Sequence record: MK416015.1
Origin: Klebsiella phage ST16-OXA48phi5.4
Strand: one strand, 5' to 3'
DNA length: 38,322 nucleotides
The notes under the pieces were generated by a model. It made no database searches. It was given only the letters and a program-made list of their open reading frames with translations, and was not told the origin of the DNA. Shown here piece by piece: positions 1 to 8,930 of this stretch; positions within the stretch are counted from its first letter, which is position 1; the number at the start of each line of letters is the position of its first letter. The position numbers and the translations under genes are program-made.

Positions 1-1014
1 TTAGTCAATATGAATGAAATTCTCCTGGCGGCGGGACTTCTTATCCTGGTACATCGCCTCATCGGCAGCGCGTAAGGCCGCTTCAACATCGATACTCTGC
101 GGATCGCAGGTGACCACCCCGAAGCTAGCGCCCTCATAGTCGATACGCTGTTCGCCGAGGAAGTAGACGCCGCACAGAGCCTGACGCAGAGACGTGACAT
201 ACGCCTGCTGTGCGGCAGGCTGCTGGGCGCTACCGACGATCAAAAACTCATCGCCGCCAAGACGGCCAACGATATCTTCCCGGCGCGCGACAGCGGTGAG
301 TCGTTTGCCGACCTGCACCAGAAAGCTGTCGCCGCACGGATGGCCGAACCGATCGTTAATGGCTTTGAAACCATCGAGATCGATAAAAATAAGCGAGACC
401 TGCTGCTGCTGGGCGCGGGCGGAGGCAAAGCGTAACGCCAGCTGCTTAAACAGCGCGCGGCGATTGGGAAGCTGGGTGAGCTCATCGGTAGACGAGTGCA
501 GCTCCAGCGCGACGTTTGCCGCCTGCAGCTGTTGCACCAGGGTGTCTTTTTCCACGTAGTGGGAAATGAGCTTCGCAAACAGGCCCATGACCTGTTCGCC
601 TTCGAGGTTATAAGGCTGTTGTTGCCGGCTGGTGGCGCAGAGGGTGCCGAACAGAGAGCCGTCGGCCAGGCGGACGGGAATGCTTAAAAAAGTAGCGATT
701 CCCAGCTCCTGGGCGGCGATGCAGGAGTGCCAGCGGTTGGCAACGTCATTGCTAAACGTACACTGATCCTCAAGGGCGCGTTTGCACAGGGATTCATCCC
801 AGGGGACGGAAAATCCTTCCGGGATCTGCATTTCGCTGCTGTTGTGGGCGAACATGATCTGCTGCCGCTGGGCGTTGGTATCAATGCGGGTGAGGTAGGT
901 GGACTCCATTCGCGTCACCGCCTCCAGCATCTCCAGCAGCTGGCGCACCAGGGTTTCCAGGGACTGTTCCGCAGCGAGGGTTTGCGACACCCGGGCAAGA
1001 ATAAAATCTGACAT
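1..1014 (-). CDS. GAF/GGDEF-domain diguanylate cyclase (host flank gene); ORF track extends to a GTG at 1137 but ATG at 1014 with GGAG upstream is the likelier start
   Basis: RLGGDEFLIV GGDEF signature, GxxGH-like regions, upstream sensory domain; lies outside the integrase/arm-site boundary. Confidence 0.8.
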   Translation of the reverse strand: MSDFILARVSQTLAAEQSLETLVRQLLEMLEAVTRMESTYLTRIDTNAQRQQIMFAHNSSEMQIPEGFSVPWDESLCKRALEDQCTFSNDVANRWHSCIAAQELGIATFLSIPVRLADGSLFGTLCATSRQQQPYNLEGEQVMGLFAKLISHYVEKDTLVQQLQAANVALELHSSTDELTQLPNRRALFKQLALRFASARAQQQQVSLIFIDLDGFKAINDRFGHPCGDSFLVQVGKRLTAVARREDIVGRLGGDEFLIVGSAQQPAAQQAYVTSLRQALCGVYFLGEQRIDYEGASFGVVTCDPQSIDVEAALRAADEAMYQDKKSRRQENFIHID

Positions 1015-1090
1015 GAATAATACAGCTCCAGCACGCCAAACGTCACCCCAGCATATTGGGCTGCAAACGGACATCAGCGTCAAATAAACA

Positions 1091-1112
1091 GTGATATTTT
1101 TAAATTTATCAC
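1091..1112. promoter_or_regulatory. 22-bp palindrome GTGATA-N10-TATCAC in the upstream region of the GGDEF gene
   Basis: perfect 6-bp inverted arms separated by AT-only spacer, read directly. Confidence 0.35.
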
Positions 1113-1187
1113 ATCTGTCTGGGGAATACTTGTCCACGCGGTGGGAAAAAAAGCCCCGTCGGGTGCGTTAGCCACCCCAGACACTAC

Positions 1188-1241
1188 GGCTTTCAACGGT
1201 GCAATGCGGGGTTGCGCGGCACGCAATACCGTTGAAAGCCA
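1188..1241. repeat. perfect 13-bp inverted repeat GGCTTTCAACGGT / ACCGTTGAAAGCC with 28-nt spacer (hairpin) between host gene and int
   Basis: read directly from sequence. Confidence 0.6.
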
Positions 1242-1257
1242 TATTTACCTACCTAAG

Positions 1258-1276
1258 TGTGGACATAATGTGGACA
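1258..1276 (+). repeat. two direct TGTGGACA repeats 11 bp apart (1258-1265, 1269-1276): candidate P2-type integrase arm-binding sites (attL side)
   Basis: exact 8-mer twice, one helical turn apart, directly abutting int stop codon; same arrangement at right end. Confidence 0.6.
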
Positions 1277-1278
1277 TT

Positions 1279-2262
1279 TTACGCATCAGCACCACCTCTC
1301 AGCGGGTTAAGTGAGATTGCATCCTGGAGGTATTCGGGCGCAAAGTGAGCGTAGGCCATAGTTTGCTCAATTCGCGCATGTCCTAGGATCCTCTGTAATG
1401 TAATGATGCTTCCCCCATTAATCATAAAGTGCGTCGCGAAACTGTGGCGTAGTGCATGCGTCGCCTGGCCGGTCGGAAGATCAGGTTTTACTTCCCTGAG
1501 TATCTGCCTGAAGTCAGAATAAGACGCCTTACCAAATAACAACCCTCGTTTACCATCCGCTATGAGTTTTGCCACTTCCGCTGAAACTGGAACAGTCCGC
1601 TGCTTGTTACTCTTGGTTTTAACGAACGTCACACGGTTCTGTATGATGTGTTCCGCCTTGAGTCGAGCCGCTTCGCCCCAGCGAGCACCAGTACTTAAAC
1701 ACAGAACAGCTATCTTCTTGTTGTCGCCATCCAGTTTAAAGAGCAAGTGCTTGATTTCGTCCTCTGTCAGATAGCCAGTTTCTGGGACATCTTCTTTCAA
1801 CTTCTTCCGCCCTCTGATCGGATGTTCACCCGAAAACAACTCGGCCTCGATAAGCGCTGTGAACATGCCACTGATGCTGTTGAGATCACGGTTAATGGTG
1901 GAAGCTTTAATGCCCTGGCTTCTTCTTGCCGCGTAATACTGACTAATCAGCGCTTTTGTAATCTGAAAAGCACAAGGATCGTCGGTAATCCTGCAAAAAA
2001 TATCTAACTTGTTGCGGTTTATCCGACCGTGCTCATCATGCTTGCCTTTCAAATTCCACCAAAGCTGTATCAGTTCAGACAGATGCCGCTTATCCGTCGG
2101 TTTTGATAACCATTCTTTGGTGTGGTGGTTGAACTGGGTATGCTTCTCGAAAGCTACCGCTTCACTTTTCTTATCAAACTTCCTGCGGATACGCTTTCCA
2201 TTGCGACCAGCAGGCCTGATGTCCACTTCATATCGACCATCATCGAGTTTCTTAATAGTCAT
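1279..2262 (-). CDS. int: tyrosine integrase (P2 Int family); start set at ATG 2262 (MTIKKLDDGRYEV, GGAGGG SD) rather than ORF-track alternative start 2313
   Basis: N-terminus MTIKKLDDGRY.VD..P.GR.GKRIRRKF matches P2 Int; C-terminal HxxR...Y catalytic region (HALRHSFATHF, YAHF). Confidence 0.93.
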   Translation of the reverse strand: MTIKKLDDGRYEVDIRPAGRNGKRIRRKFDKKSEAVAFEKHTQFNHHTKEWLSKPTDKRHLSELIQLWWNLKGKHDEHGRINRNKLDIFCRITDDPCAFQITKALISQYYAARRSQGIKASTINRDLNSISGMFTALIEAELFSGEHPIRGRKKLKEDVPETGYLTEDEIKHLLFKLDGDNKKIAVLCLSTGARWGEAARLKAEHIIQNRVTFVKTKSNKQRTVPVSAEVAKLIADGKRGLLFGKASYSDFRQILREVKPDLPTGQATHALRHSFATHFMINGGSIITLQRILGHARIEQTMAYAHFAPEYLQDAISLNPLRGGADA

Positions 2263-2377
2263 AAGAAAACCCTCCGATGGGTGCGTTTGCCTTTCGGCCT
2301 CAACGCGTTGCAATTATGTGATGAATACTTTTCGACCAATAATAGACATTTGAAATGTATGTAGGACTGGTTAATTG

Positions 2378-2677
2378 TTAACCAGTCTTTTGGTCTGAGT
2401 GCTGCGAGGTTGTTAAGTCTTGCCCAAAGTGTGCGAGGGCCGGTGCGATTTGACCGGCTTCAGGCGAAACCTGATCGGTCATAAACCACAGTGTGTATTT
2501 CACGAATCTAGGGTGTTGGAAGATTTTCATGATTGGTTCAAGGCTCGCACTTTTTGTACCAGCCTCATAGCCAGAAAGTGTGCTGTAAATTACTCCTGTT
2601 AACTCGCTGAATTGCCTACGATTAAGCCGTTCTGACTCCCTGATAAGCTTCAACTTCTCTGAAATAGGGATTGACAT
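2378..2677 (-). CDS. C: immunity repressor (P2 C-like), 99 aa HTH protein
   Basis: size, position divergent from cox, HTH-like N-terminus (LNRRQFSELTGVIYSTLSGYEAG). Confidence 0.85.
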   Translation of the reverse strand: MSIPISEKLKLIRESERLNRRQFSELTGVIYSTLSGYEAGTKSASLEPIMKIFQHPRFVKYTLWFMTDQVSPEAGQIAPALAHFGQDLTTSQHSDQKTG

Positions 2678-2743
2678 AAAAACCTCTTTGGGAAAATATT
2701 ACGCGTATGGATAATAAATTTTCATTTGAGTAAGTCTCTTAAC

Positions 2744-2773
2744 GGGCAATTAAAACCCATTAAGAGCAATTAA
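2744..2773 (+). promoter_or_regulatory. direct repeats GGGCAATTAA / GAGCAATTAA 20 bp apart in C/cox divergent promoter region: candidate C-repressor operator half-sites overlapping Pe
   Basis: two 10-bp near-identical direct repeats at two-helical-turn spacing; P2 C binds direct repeats flanking Pe -10. Confidence 0.45.
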
Positions 2774-2797
2774 TTACCCTAAAGGAGAATGTAACAG

Positions 2798-3076
2798 ATG
2801 AGCAAACAGCTTGTAAGTAGCACGGATGCTGTGCCTTATCAGGAGTTCGCCAGACTCATCGGGAAAACCCCTGCAGCGGTGAAGGGCATGATCGAAAAAG
2901 GGAAGCTTCCTGTAATCGAGATGACCGATCCCCAGTCAACTTCTGGCCGTGCGGGCGAGTACTGGGTTTACCTTCCAGCCTGGAACAACGGCATGAAGCT
3001 GGCCTACGAAAGTCGTCCGAAGGAGATCAGGGAAGGGTGGTTGATGTGGCTTGGTCTCGGTGAGCCAGGTCGATAG
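2798..3076 (+). CDS. cox: Cox-like excisionase/transcriptional switch protein (92 aa)
   Basis: position first in early rightward operon opposite C; size equals P2 Cox; AAGGAG SD. Confidence 0.8.
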   Translation: MSKQLVSSTDAVPYQEFARLIGKTPAAVKGMIEKGKLPVIEMTDPQSTSGRAGEYWVYLPAWNNGMKLAYESRPKEIREGWLMWLGLGEPGR

Positions 3077-3096
3077 CCGGTTTCAGGAGAGGAAAC

Positions 3097-3315
3097 ATGA
3101 AGAACGGTAACCGCGGATCAGTATCACAGCTCAATAGCAAAACCAGCCTCTACTGTGGCTTTACTATTCTGAAACTCCCACGCAAAAAACCGTACAACCG
3201 CCAGCGCTATCAAATTACGCACACAGGCCATTATTACGGCATCGACTTTGCTTTATCAGAAGCATGCCGAACGATTGACAGAATCATGAGTAAAAAGCGG
3301 TTTATTGCTTTTTAA
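3097..3315 (+). CDS. hypothetical early-operon protein (72 aa)
   Basis: ORF with AGGAGAGG SD, in early operon. Confidence 0.55.
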   Translation: MKNGNRGSVSQLNSKTSLYCGFTILKLPRKKPYNRQRYQITHTGHYYGIDFALSEACRTIDRIMSKKRFIAF

Positions 3316-3330
3316 TCTCTGGGAGCGAAA

Positions 3331-3708
3331 ATGAAACTCGAATATGCAGACAAAATTAACTCGCTTTTACAATGCTTCCATTTCAATAAAGAGTTTCTGG
3401 AATGGAATCATGATTACTCTCTCCAGCTTTTACGCCATGGCGTATCCCACCTTTATCATTTCGCAATGCTTCAAGGCGAGAATGATGAATGCACTCTTGA
3501 AGAACTCCGCAACATCATTATTTCCGTCACCGATGGTGATATCCCTAAACCATACGACCTGCTATCTCTGGACGCTGAGCAACTGAAGAAGGCTATGAAG
3601 TTTGTTCAGCCGCAGGAGGTAACCGTAGAGGTTACACCGGAGATCCTGGAACACCTGAAACTGGGAGCTAGAGCCTCCTGGCGGCTGGAGCCCCCTCGCT
3701 TTAACTGA
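3331..3708 (+). CDS. hypothetical early-operon protein (125 aa)
   Basis: ORF with GGGAG SD. Confidence 0.6.
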   Translation: MKLEYADKINSLLQCFHFNKEFLEWNHDYSLQLLRHGVSHLYHFAMLQGENDECTLEELRNIIISVTDGDIPKPYDLLSLDAEQLKKAMKFVQPQEVTVEVTPEILEHLKLGARASWRLEPPRFN

Positions 3709-3723
3709 TCATCGGAGTACGCC

Positions 3724-3996
3724 ATGTTCACCGAAGAAAAAACATCCTTTGAACAGGAAATGCTGATTCGAGAAGCAGTGGAAAGTGCCGAGCAGGGGTT
3801 CACTGTACATCTAAAAAATGGCGCTCGTATCACCATTAGTTCAAAAAGCCCGTCTAAAGATTTAATCATTTACGGGCTCGAAAAAGCAATACGCGGTAAT
3901 CACGATCGCGCGCGAATGACCTTTATTGATTTCATGTATTACTGGCATGAAAGGATATTTAAGCAGATTAAAAGAAAACAGCGTCCAAACAATTAA
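3724..3996 (+). CDS. hypothetical early-operon protein (90 aa)
   Basis: ORF with SD, tight spacing. Confidence 0.55.
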   Translation: MFTEEKTSFEQEMLIREAVESAEQGFTVHLKNGARITISSKSPSKDLIIYGLEKAIRGNHDRARMTFIDFMYYWHERIFKQIKRKQRPNN

Positions 3997-4064
3997 TTAA
4001 CCCGCTTTAAAAATGACGGCATTCACTTTGCCGGGGATTCGTTTTGCCTTTTTCAGGAGGTTGC

Positions 4065-4289
4065 ATGTCGGTTACGTCAATAAAGCCGGAAGGCGGAATA
4101 AGCGATCCAGAGTTTATGGGAATCAGCACCAATGCGCGCAAAGGCGAGCGCGCCCACTTACTCGGATTGCTGCGCATTCGTATGGGCCTACTGAAAGAGC
4201 AAGGCCTTACCCCCGAAGAGATTTATTCAGCACTTGAGCAGTGGATAGCCAACCACGAAACAATCACCAGCGAGGGCAGTAGACCATGA
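4065..4289 (+). CDS. hypothetical early-operon protein (74 aa; ATG at 4065 after AGGAGG, ORF track shows TTG 4044)
   Basis: strong SD AGGAGG 7 nt upstream of ATG. Confidence 0.6.
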   Translation: MSVTSIKPEGGISDPEFMGISTNARKGERAHLLGLLRIRMGLLKEQGLTPEEIYSALEQWIANHETITSEGSRP

Positions 4290-4852
4290 ATCACGTAATG
4301 ATCGATTTGATTAACGTTAGTAAGAAACCGTCATCACCTCTGTGTGCCATTGAAGCTGTGTTTTTTGAACCCTCAACAGGGCAGATCGGAAAGGTTTTTT
4401 ATTCTTCGATAGACATTCGTAAATCTGAAAGCTTGAAGGGCCGTATCAGCATTAGTACGGCATTCGATTGGATGAAAAAAGACTCTCACTGGCGCGCCGA
4501 AGTGATGAGCGCAACCGAAGCTGAAGAAGATGCACTTTGCAGCCTTGCTGCTTTCATCGCCGACAATACCTGTCCCCGGAACGCGGCGTTATTCGTATGG
4601 TTCAAAGATGCCCCGGAAAAACTGGTTTCACTTCGTTATGCCGTGGATCGCTTAGAGGTGTCAGGCATTTTTCCTGAAGGCACAAAATATCGCTGCATTC
4701 GTTCACTTCTCGACCTTGCTGCTGCCACAGACTATGCGCCTCATGCGAGAAGCGCCCTGGCATGTTACACGCTCACTGACGCGCGATATCAAGCGGAGCA
4801 AGTCTGCGAAATCTGGCAGCGCTTAACCTCCCCACACATTGGATCGCTGTGA
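4286..4852 (+). CDS. hypothetical 188-aa protein; N-terminus resembles DnaQ-like exonuclease fold proteins common in P2-like early operons but lacks the DxE motif (IDLINVS)
   Basis: pattern M.HVMIDL....KP.S.L.AIEAVFF.P.TGQIG similar to phage exonuclease-like proteins; catalytic acidic pair not conserved. Confidence 0.5.
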   Translation: MNHVMIDLINVSKKPSSPLCAIEAVFFEPSTGQIGKVFYSSIDIRKSESLKGRISISTAFDWMKKDSHWRAEVMSATEAEEDALCSLAAFIADNTCPRNAALFVWFKDAPEKLVSLRYAVDRLEVSGIFPEGTKYRCIRSLLDLAAATDYAPHARSALACYTLTDARYQAEQVCEIWQRLTSPHIGSL

Positions 4853-4860
4853 GGGCCGCC

Positions 4861-5088
4861 ATGCATTCGCGTCTGTCTGTTGTTTGTAACGCGCCGTTGC
4901 CGGTTTGTAAGAGGGCGCTTGCCGCCCTGAATTGCTTTGCTCGTGGACAGCGTAATTACACCCGCGTCAAGCCACACGCCTATCTCGTGATCCGCATTGG
5001 CCTCCGTTGGCGTTTGCTCAGCAAAAACGGTGGTAAGCAGTGGCGACTGATGACCCATGAAACCTATAACCAGGAATGCCGCAAATGA
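4861..5088 (+). CDS. small hypothetical protein (75 aa; ATG 4861)
   Basis: fills gap between flanking genes, stop overlaps dam start. Confidence 0.4.
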   Translation: MHSRLSVVCNAPLPVCKRALAALNCFARGQRNYTRVKPHAYLVIRIGLRWRLLSKNGGKQWRLMTHETYNQECRK

Positions 5089-6041
5089 TTAAGTCACCTC
5101 TTAAATGGGCTGGCGGTAAAACCCGCGTGTTGCCGGAGCTGCTGAAACACTTACCCAAAGCCGATTGCTTGATTGAGCCTTTTGTAGGCAGTGGCACAGT
5201 CTTTATGAATACGGAATACCGCCGCTATGTGCTTTGTGACAGCAATCGCGCACTGATTAATTTCTTCCTCGCGCTCAGGGAAGACCCAGAAAGATTGATA
5301 CTGATCGCCAGGAACGTATTCAGAAATGGCAATAACGAAGATAGCTATTACGAAGAGCGCAAGTTGTTCAACCACCTGTCGTGGGATGACGAGTGTGCAG
5401 ATGATTACGTTGTACGGTGGGCGGCATCATTTTTATACCTGAACCGCCACTGCTTTAACGGGCTTTATCGCACCAACAGGGATGGCGGTTTCAATGTTCC
5501 CTTTGGCAGCTATAAGGCGCCTTATTTTCCAGAAGCAGAAATGCGCCTATTTGCCGAAAAGGCGCAGGATACTCACGCGCTCTTTCTTTGTAATGATTTT
5601 CGTACTTCCATTCCGTACGTCGCCAGGAATAGCCTGGACTCCGTGATTTACTGCGATCCGCCGTACATCCCGACTAGCAAAACAGCCAGTTTTACCCCTT
5701 ACGGCAAGCCATTTACCCTGGATGATCACCGCGCTTTGGTTACGGCGTTGCTGGACGTTAATCGTCAGCATGGAACGCGCTCGGTCATCTCGAATAGCGA
5801 CACACCAGAAACACGCCAGATCTACTCCGCTTTCAATCTCCACGCATTCAGAGTTCGACGTTCCGTTAGCGCCAAAACCCGCCATATTGCCGGTGAAGTG
5901 ATTGGCGTACTTCGCGTGTGCGGCGGTTGCGGTCGTTCTGGTGGTGGAGGTTGCCCGGACTGTGGGGCGGTTATGGGCGATGCGGCATATGCCGAAATGT
6001 TTGGCGTGCCGGCTTGTTGTGGCGTAGCCCAGGCAAAATAA
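5076..6041 (+). CDS. dam: DNA adenine methyltransferase (Dam family, GATC-type N6-MTase) with C-terminal Cys/Gly-rich tail
   Basis: N-terminal LKWAGGK..., FVGSG SAM motif, DPPY catalytic motif (IYCDPPYIP); extra ~45 aa tail CGGCGRSGGGGCPDCG. Confidence 0.9.
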   Translation: MPQMIKSPLKWAGGKTRVLPELLKHLPKADCLIEPFVGSGTVFMNTEYRRYVLCDSNRALINFFLALREDPERLILIARNVFRNGNNEDSYYEERKLFNHLSWDDECADDYVVRWAASFLYLNRHCFNGLYRTNRDGGFNVPFGSYKAPYFPEAEMRLFAEKAQDTHALFLCNDFRTSIPYVARNSLDSVIYCDPPYIPTSKTASFTPYGKPFTLDDHRALVTALLDVNRQHGTRSVISNSDTPETRQIYSAFNLHAFRVRRSVSAKTRHIAGEVIGVLRVCGGCGRSGGGGCPDCGAVMGDAAYAEMFGVPACCGVAQAK

Positions 6042-6058
6042 GATAACGACGGTGAGCT

Positions 6059-8110
6059 ATGCCTGATTCCACAGCCCTGGCATGGAGCTGGAATGCCCAA
6101 CGGCGGGCTATTAATCCAAGCAACGCCGAAGAGTCTGCAATTGAGTATCTCACCCCAAAAGGCGAGCGTAAGGCACTTGCCTATAGCGATCTTGTTGATG
6201 TTGTTTATCGGGTACCGTTGCGCCCTCGTGATGGGGAGGCGCGCAGGGCATTTGATCGCACAAGACTGGAGCGTCATCTGCGGCGCCGCGTCCAGGCTCT
6301 CCCTGCGTTTATCCGCAAGCGTTTTTCAATGCACCTGGAAACTCTGGACCGTAGGAACCCGAAAGAGGCTGTACGCTGGTTATTCAATACGTTTGAGCGC
6401 CATGTATTGCGTCGAGTTGATGCGGTAAACGCACAATATCTGCCACAAGGTAATCTGCCTGCAATTCTCTTTCCGCTACGTGATGATTTTCATCTGCTGC
6501 CATGGGCAGATAAAAAGCGCCTGAAAAGACTGGCGTATAAGCTCGCGAACCTGATGAAAAGCGAGTTTATGCGCGAGTTTGATTTTCGGTACGAGAAAAC
6601 GGCAGATGTGGAGTTTTCCACGATCTACGCTTACGGCGCCATTGCCAGTAAAGCGACCTCACTCAACATTGCAATCCCTGGTTGGAAACAGTATTGCGAT
6701 GAAGTACTGACAGCAGAAGATGCATTACGTGTCATTGCTAGACTTCAAAAGGAAAAGTGGTGGCTAGGTAAGCTCCGCAAAATTCATGACCGCTGGCGTG
6801 AGCACCTCATGATCGCCACTAGCTACGTCAGCAAAGTGGCATCCCCTTATTGCTCTGAACCTTGCCTCAGGGAGTGGGTAGCTCAAAAAAAAGCCAACTT
6901 TGAATACCTTCAGGCGATGGAGCTGGAAGACCAGGACACTGGCGAGCGTACCTCCTTGCTCGACAAGGTCATGGGCAGCGTTTCCAACCCGAAGATCGCC
7001 CGTCACGAATTGATGGTGCGCATGCGCGGTTTTGAGGATATGGCTAACGAGATGGGACTGGTTGGCATGTTCTACACATTGACCGCACCGTCACGTTATC
7101 ACGCCACGCATGTGCATTCCGGCAAGCGCAACGATAAATACTGCAATGCCAGCCCACGCAAAACTCAAAAGTACCTTTGCAACGTCTGGTCGCGTGTCCG
7201 CGCCAAATGGGGGAGGGAAGGCATCCGCACATTTGGTTTTCGTGTAGCCGAACCACATCACGACGGAACACCACACTGGCACCTGCTGTTATTTCTCCGC
7301 CCTGAAGAGGTGGAGCTTGCCACTGATATTTTTCATGAGTACGCCCTCCAGGAGGATGGAAACGAACGCGGCGCGGCTGAGTATCGTTTTACTGCCAAAC
7401 TAATTGATGAAGAGTTTGGATCGGCAACGGGATACATCGCGAAGTACATCTCAAAAAATATCGACGGTTATGGAATGGATGGCGAGTTTGATCACGAGTC
7501 AGGCAAGCCCGTTAAAGAGATGGCAAAGCGCGTGCGGGCGTGGGCTTCGCGCTGGAGTATTCGCCAATTCCAGCAGATTGGTGGCGCGCCTGTATCCACC
7601 TGGCGGGAGCTGCGGCGGCTAGGAAGTCGTGAGCTTATCTTGCTCCCGGAACTTGAAGCTGCCCGCGCTGCTGCTGATGCGCCCGACTGGCCGGGATACA
7701 TCAACGCCCAGGGCGGCCCGTTTGTAACCCGTGATTGTCTGCGCGTGCGCCTCCATTACGAATACACCGAAAACGGCAATGATTATGGTGACACAGTCGC
7801 CAAAATCACCGGCGTCTATTGTCCTTTTACGATCAGTGAAGCGGTCATTTATACTCGTACCAACGATTACAAAATTGTACCGAAACGTAAGCCATCGCCG
7901 GTCGAGAATTTGACCTTAGAAGGCCGCGACGCGGCCCCTTGGAGTTCTGTCAATAACTGTACGGGTCGCGCCGAATCGGACGAAAAACCACCACCACTAA
8001 AGACAGAACTTACGCAGAATGTCGTCGATTTCATAAGATATTCACGCCAGCAAAGGCAGGAGATCAGCGAAAGTTTGAGGCAAGATTTTGGTGAAAGGTC
8101 AGATATATGA
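6059..8110 (+). CDS. A: replication initiation protein gpA (rolling-circle nickase, P2 A family)
   Basis: FGFRVAEPHHDGTPHWHLLLF and YIAKYISK motifs characteristic of P2 A; position before cargo hotspot. Confidence 0.92.
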   Translation: MPDSTALAWSWNAQRRAINPSNAEESAIEYLTPKGERKALAYSDLVDVVYRVPLRPRDGEARRAFDRTRLERHLRRRVQALPAFIRKRFSMHLETLDRRNPKEAVRWLFNTFERHVLRRVDAVNAQYLPQGNLPAILFPLRDDFHLLPWADKKRLKRLAYKLANLMKSEFMREFDFRYEKTADVEFSTIYAYGAIASKATSLNIAIPGWKQYCDEVLTAEDALRVIARLQKEKWWLGKLRKIHDRWREHLMIATSYVSKVASPYCSEPCLREWVAQKKANFEYLQAMELEDQDTGERTSLLDKVMGSVSNPKIARHELMVRMRGFEDMANEMGLVGMFYTLTAPSRYHATHVHSGKRNDKYCNASPRKTQKYLCNVWSRVRAKWGREGIRTFGFRVAEPHHDGTPHWHLLLFLRPEEVELATDIFHEYALQEDGNERGAAEYRFTAKLIDEEFGSATGYIAKYISKNIDGYGMDGEFDHESGKPVKEMAKRVRAWASRWSIRQFQQIGGAPVSTWRELRRLGSRELILLPELEAARAAADAPDWPGYINAQGGPFVTRDCLRVRLHYEYTENGNDYGDTVAKITGVYCPFTISEAVIYTRTNDYKIVPKRKPSPVENLTLEGRDAAPWSSVNNCTGRAESDEKPPPLKTELTQNVVDFIRYSRQQRQEISESLRQDFGERSDI

Positions 8111-8319
8111 GTGTGCCGCATAAAAAATTGCACATGTCGAATTATGATATCTATGTGCTGTCGTGGGGGGGCAAAGGTTACCGATAGTAAAGATATGAGT
8201 ATGACATAGGAAGATGCGGATCTGCGCTGATATGAGCGGCTACAACTAGTAGCGAAACGGTGGGCAGAAAATTATGACGCTATGGGTGCTGAATTTTTGA
8301 GGAAAAAAGCCCCGCAAAC

Positions 8320-8640
8320 TTGCAGCCGCTAAAGAAGAGATATGCGGAGCTAGAAAGCTTAATAAACGAAAAGGCAATAGTAATTGTTTGCGATAAACTG
8401 CGCACCTACTGTTTCTTCGCCAGCGATAAAATAGTGAGATCGAATGTTAGCAACGCTAGCATTCGGGACGGCGGACAAGTTTACGCTATCAGTAGTGGCA
8501 TTCTGCGACAGGCAACAGTTGATGATTCTGGTAATAAAGTAGGATCAATAACCGAATACATAGCAGCGTATGAACTGGTCGTGCGCTGGAAGAAAACAGC
8601 TAGCAAAAATTCCAAGGCTGAAGTTGAAAGTAAACAATGA
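8320..8640 (+). CDS. hypothetical 106-aa ORF in cargo island; only a TTG start is available (no Met in ORF), so coding status doubtful
   Basis: ORF track only; no ATG, weak SD spacing. Confidence 0.25.
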   Translation: MQPLKKRYAELESLINEKAIVIVCDKLRTYCFFASDKIVRSNVSNASIRDGGQVYAISSGILRQATVDDSGNKVGSITEYIAAYELVVRWKKTASKNSKAEVESKQ

Positions 8641-8930
8641 AATTATTATATATCAGCAACTCCGATGGGGGCGACTCAACAGAACATCTAATCTTTAACA
8701 GCCATATAGCAGTGATTGTAGAGCACGATCATGAAGAGTCTATCAATTTATTAGATCACAAAGATTAATGCCATGGCTAACTTTTCGCGAAGGCTAAAAA
8801 CCATAAAGAATATGAATTTTACTATATATTTATAAGTGATGTATATTAATAAGTCATAGCTTAACTCTAATTATTAGAGCAAAAGTAAATTTGCGCATCA
8901 TGTTTAATACATAACGCGCAAATCTGTTAA

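Noticed and set aside
1093-1117. CRP-like site TGTGA...TCAC upstream of GGDEF gene
   Set aside because: The spacer between half-sites is 14 bp, not 6, so it is not a CRP site. It is kept only as a generic palindrome.
1138-1278. tRNA or tmRNA 3' end as integration target
   Set aside because: There is no cloverleaf-compatible structure and no CCA/T-loop GTTCGA-type motif. The 13-bp stem and 28-nt loop hairpin is not tRNA-like.
1253-1281. 27-bp imperfect direct repeat shared by the left and right ends, first read as the att core
   Set aside because: Better explained as two pairs of 8-bp arm-type TGTGGACA repeats with 11-bp spacing. The core should lie outside these and the right flank is too short to see it.
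5822-6277. 151-aa minus-strand ORF spanning the dam/A junction and other antisense ORFs inside A, T, FI, P
   Set aside because: They lie entirely antisense to well-supported conserved phage genes with no start signals. These are typical spurious ORFs of GC-rich DNA.
8320-8640. 106-aa ORF as a tin-like cargo gene
   Set aside because: The ORF contains no methionine and could start only at a TTG with poor SD spacing. It is kept as a low-confidence feature only.
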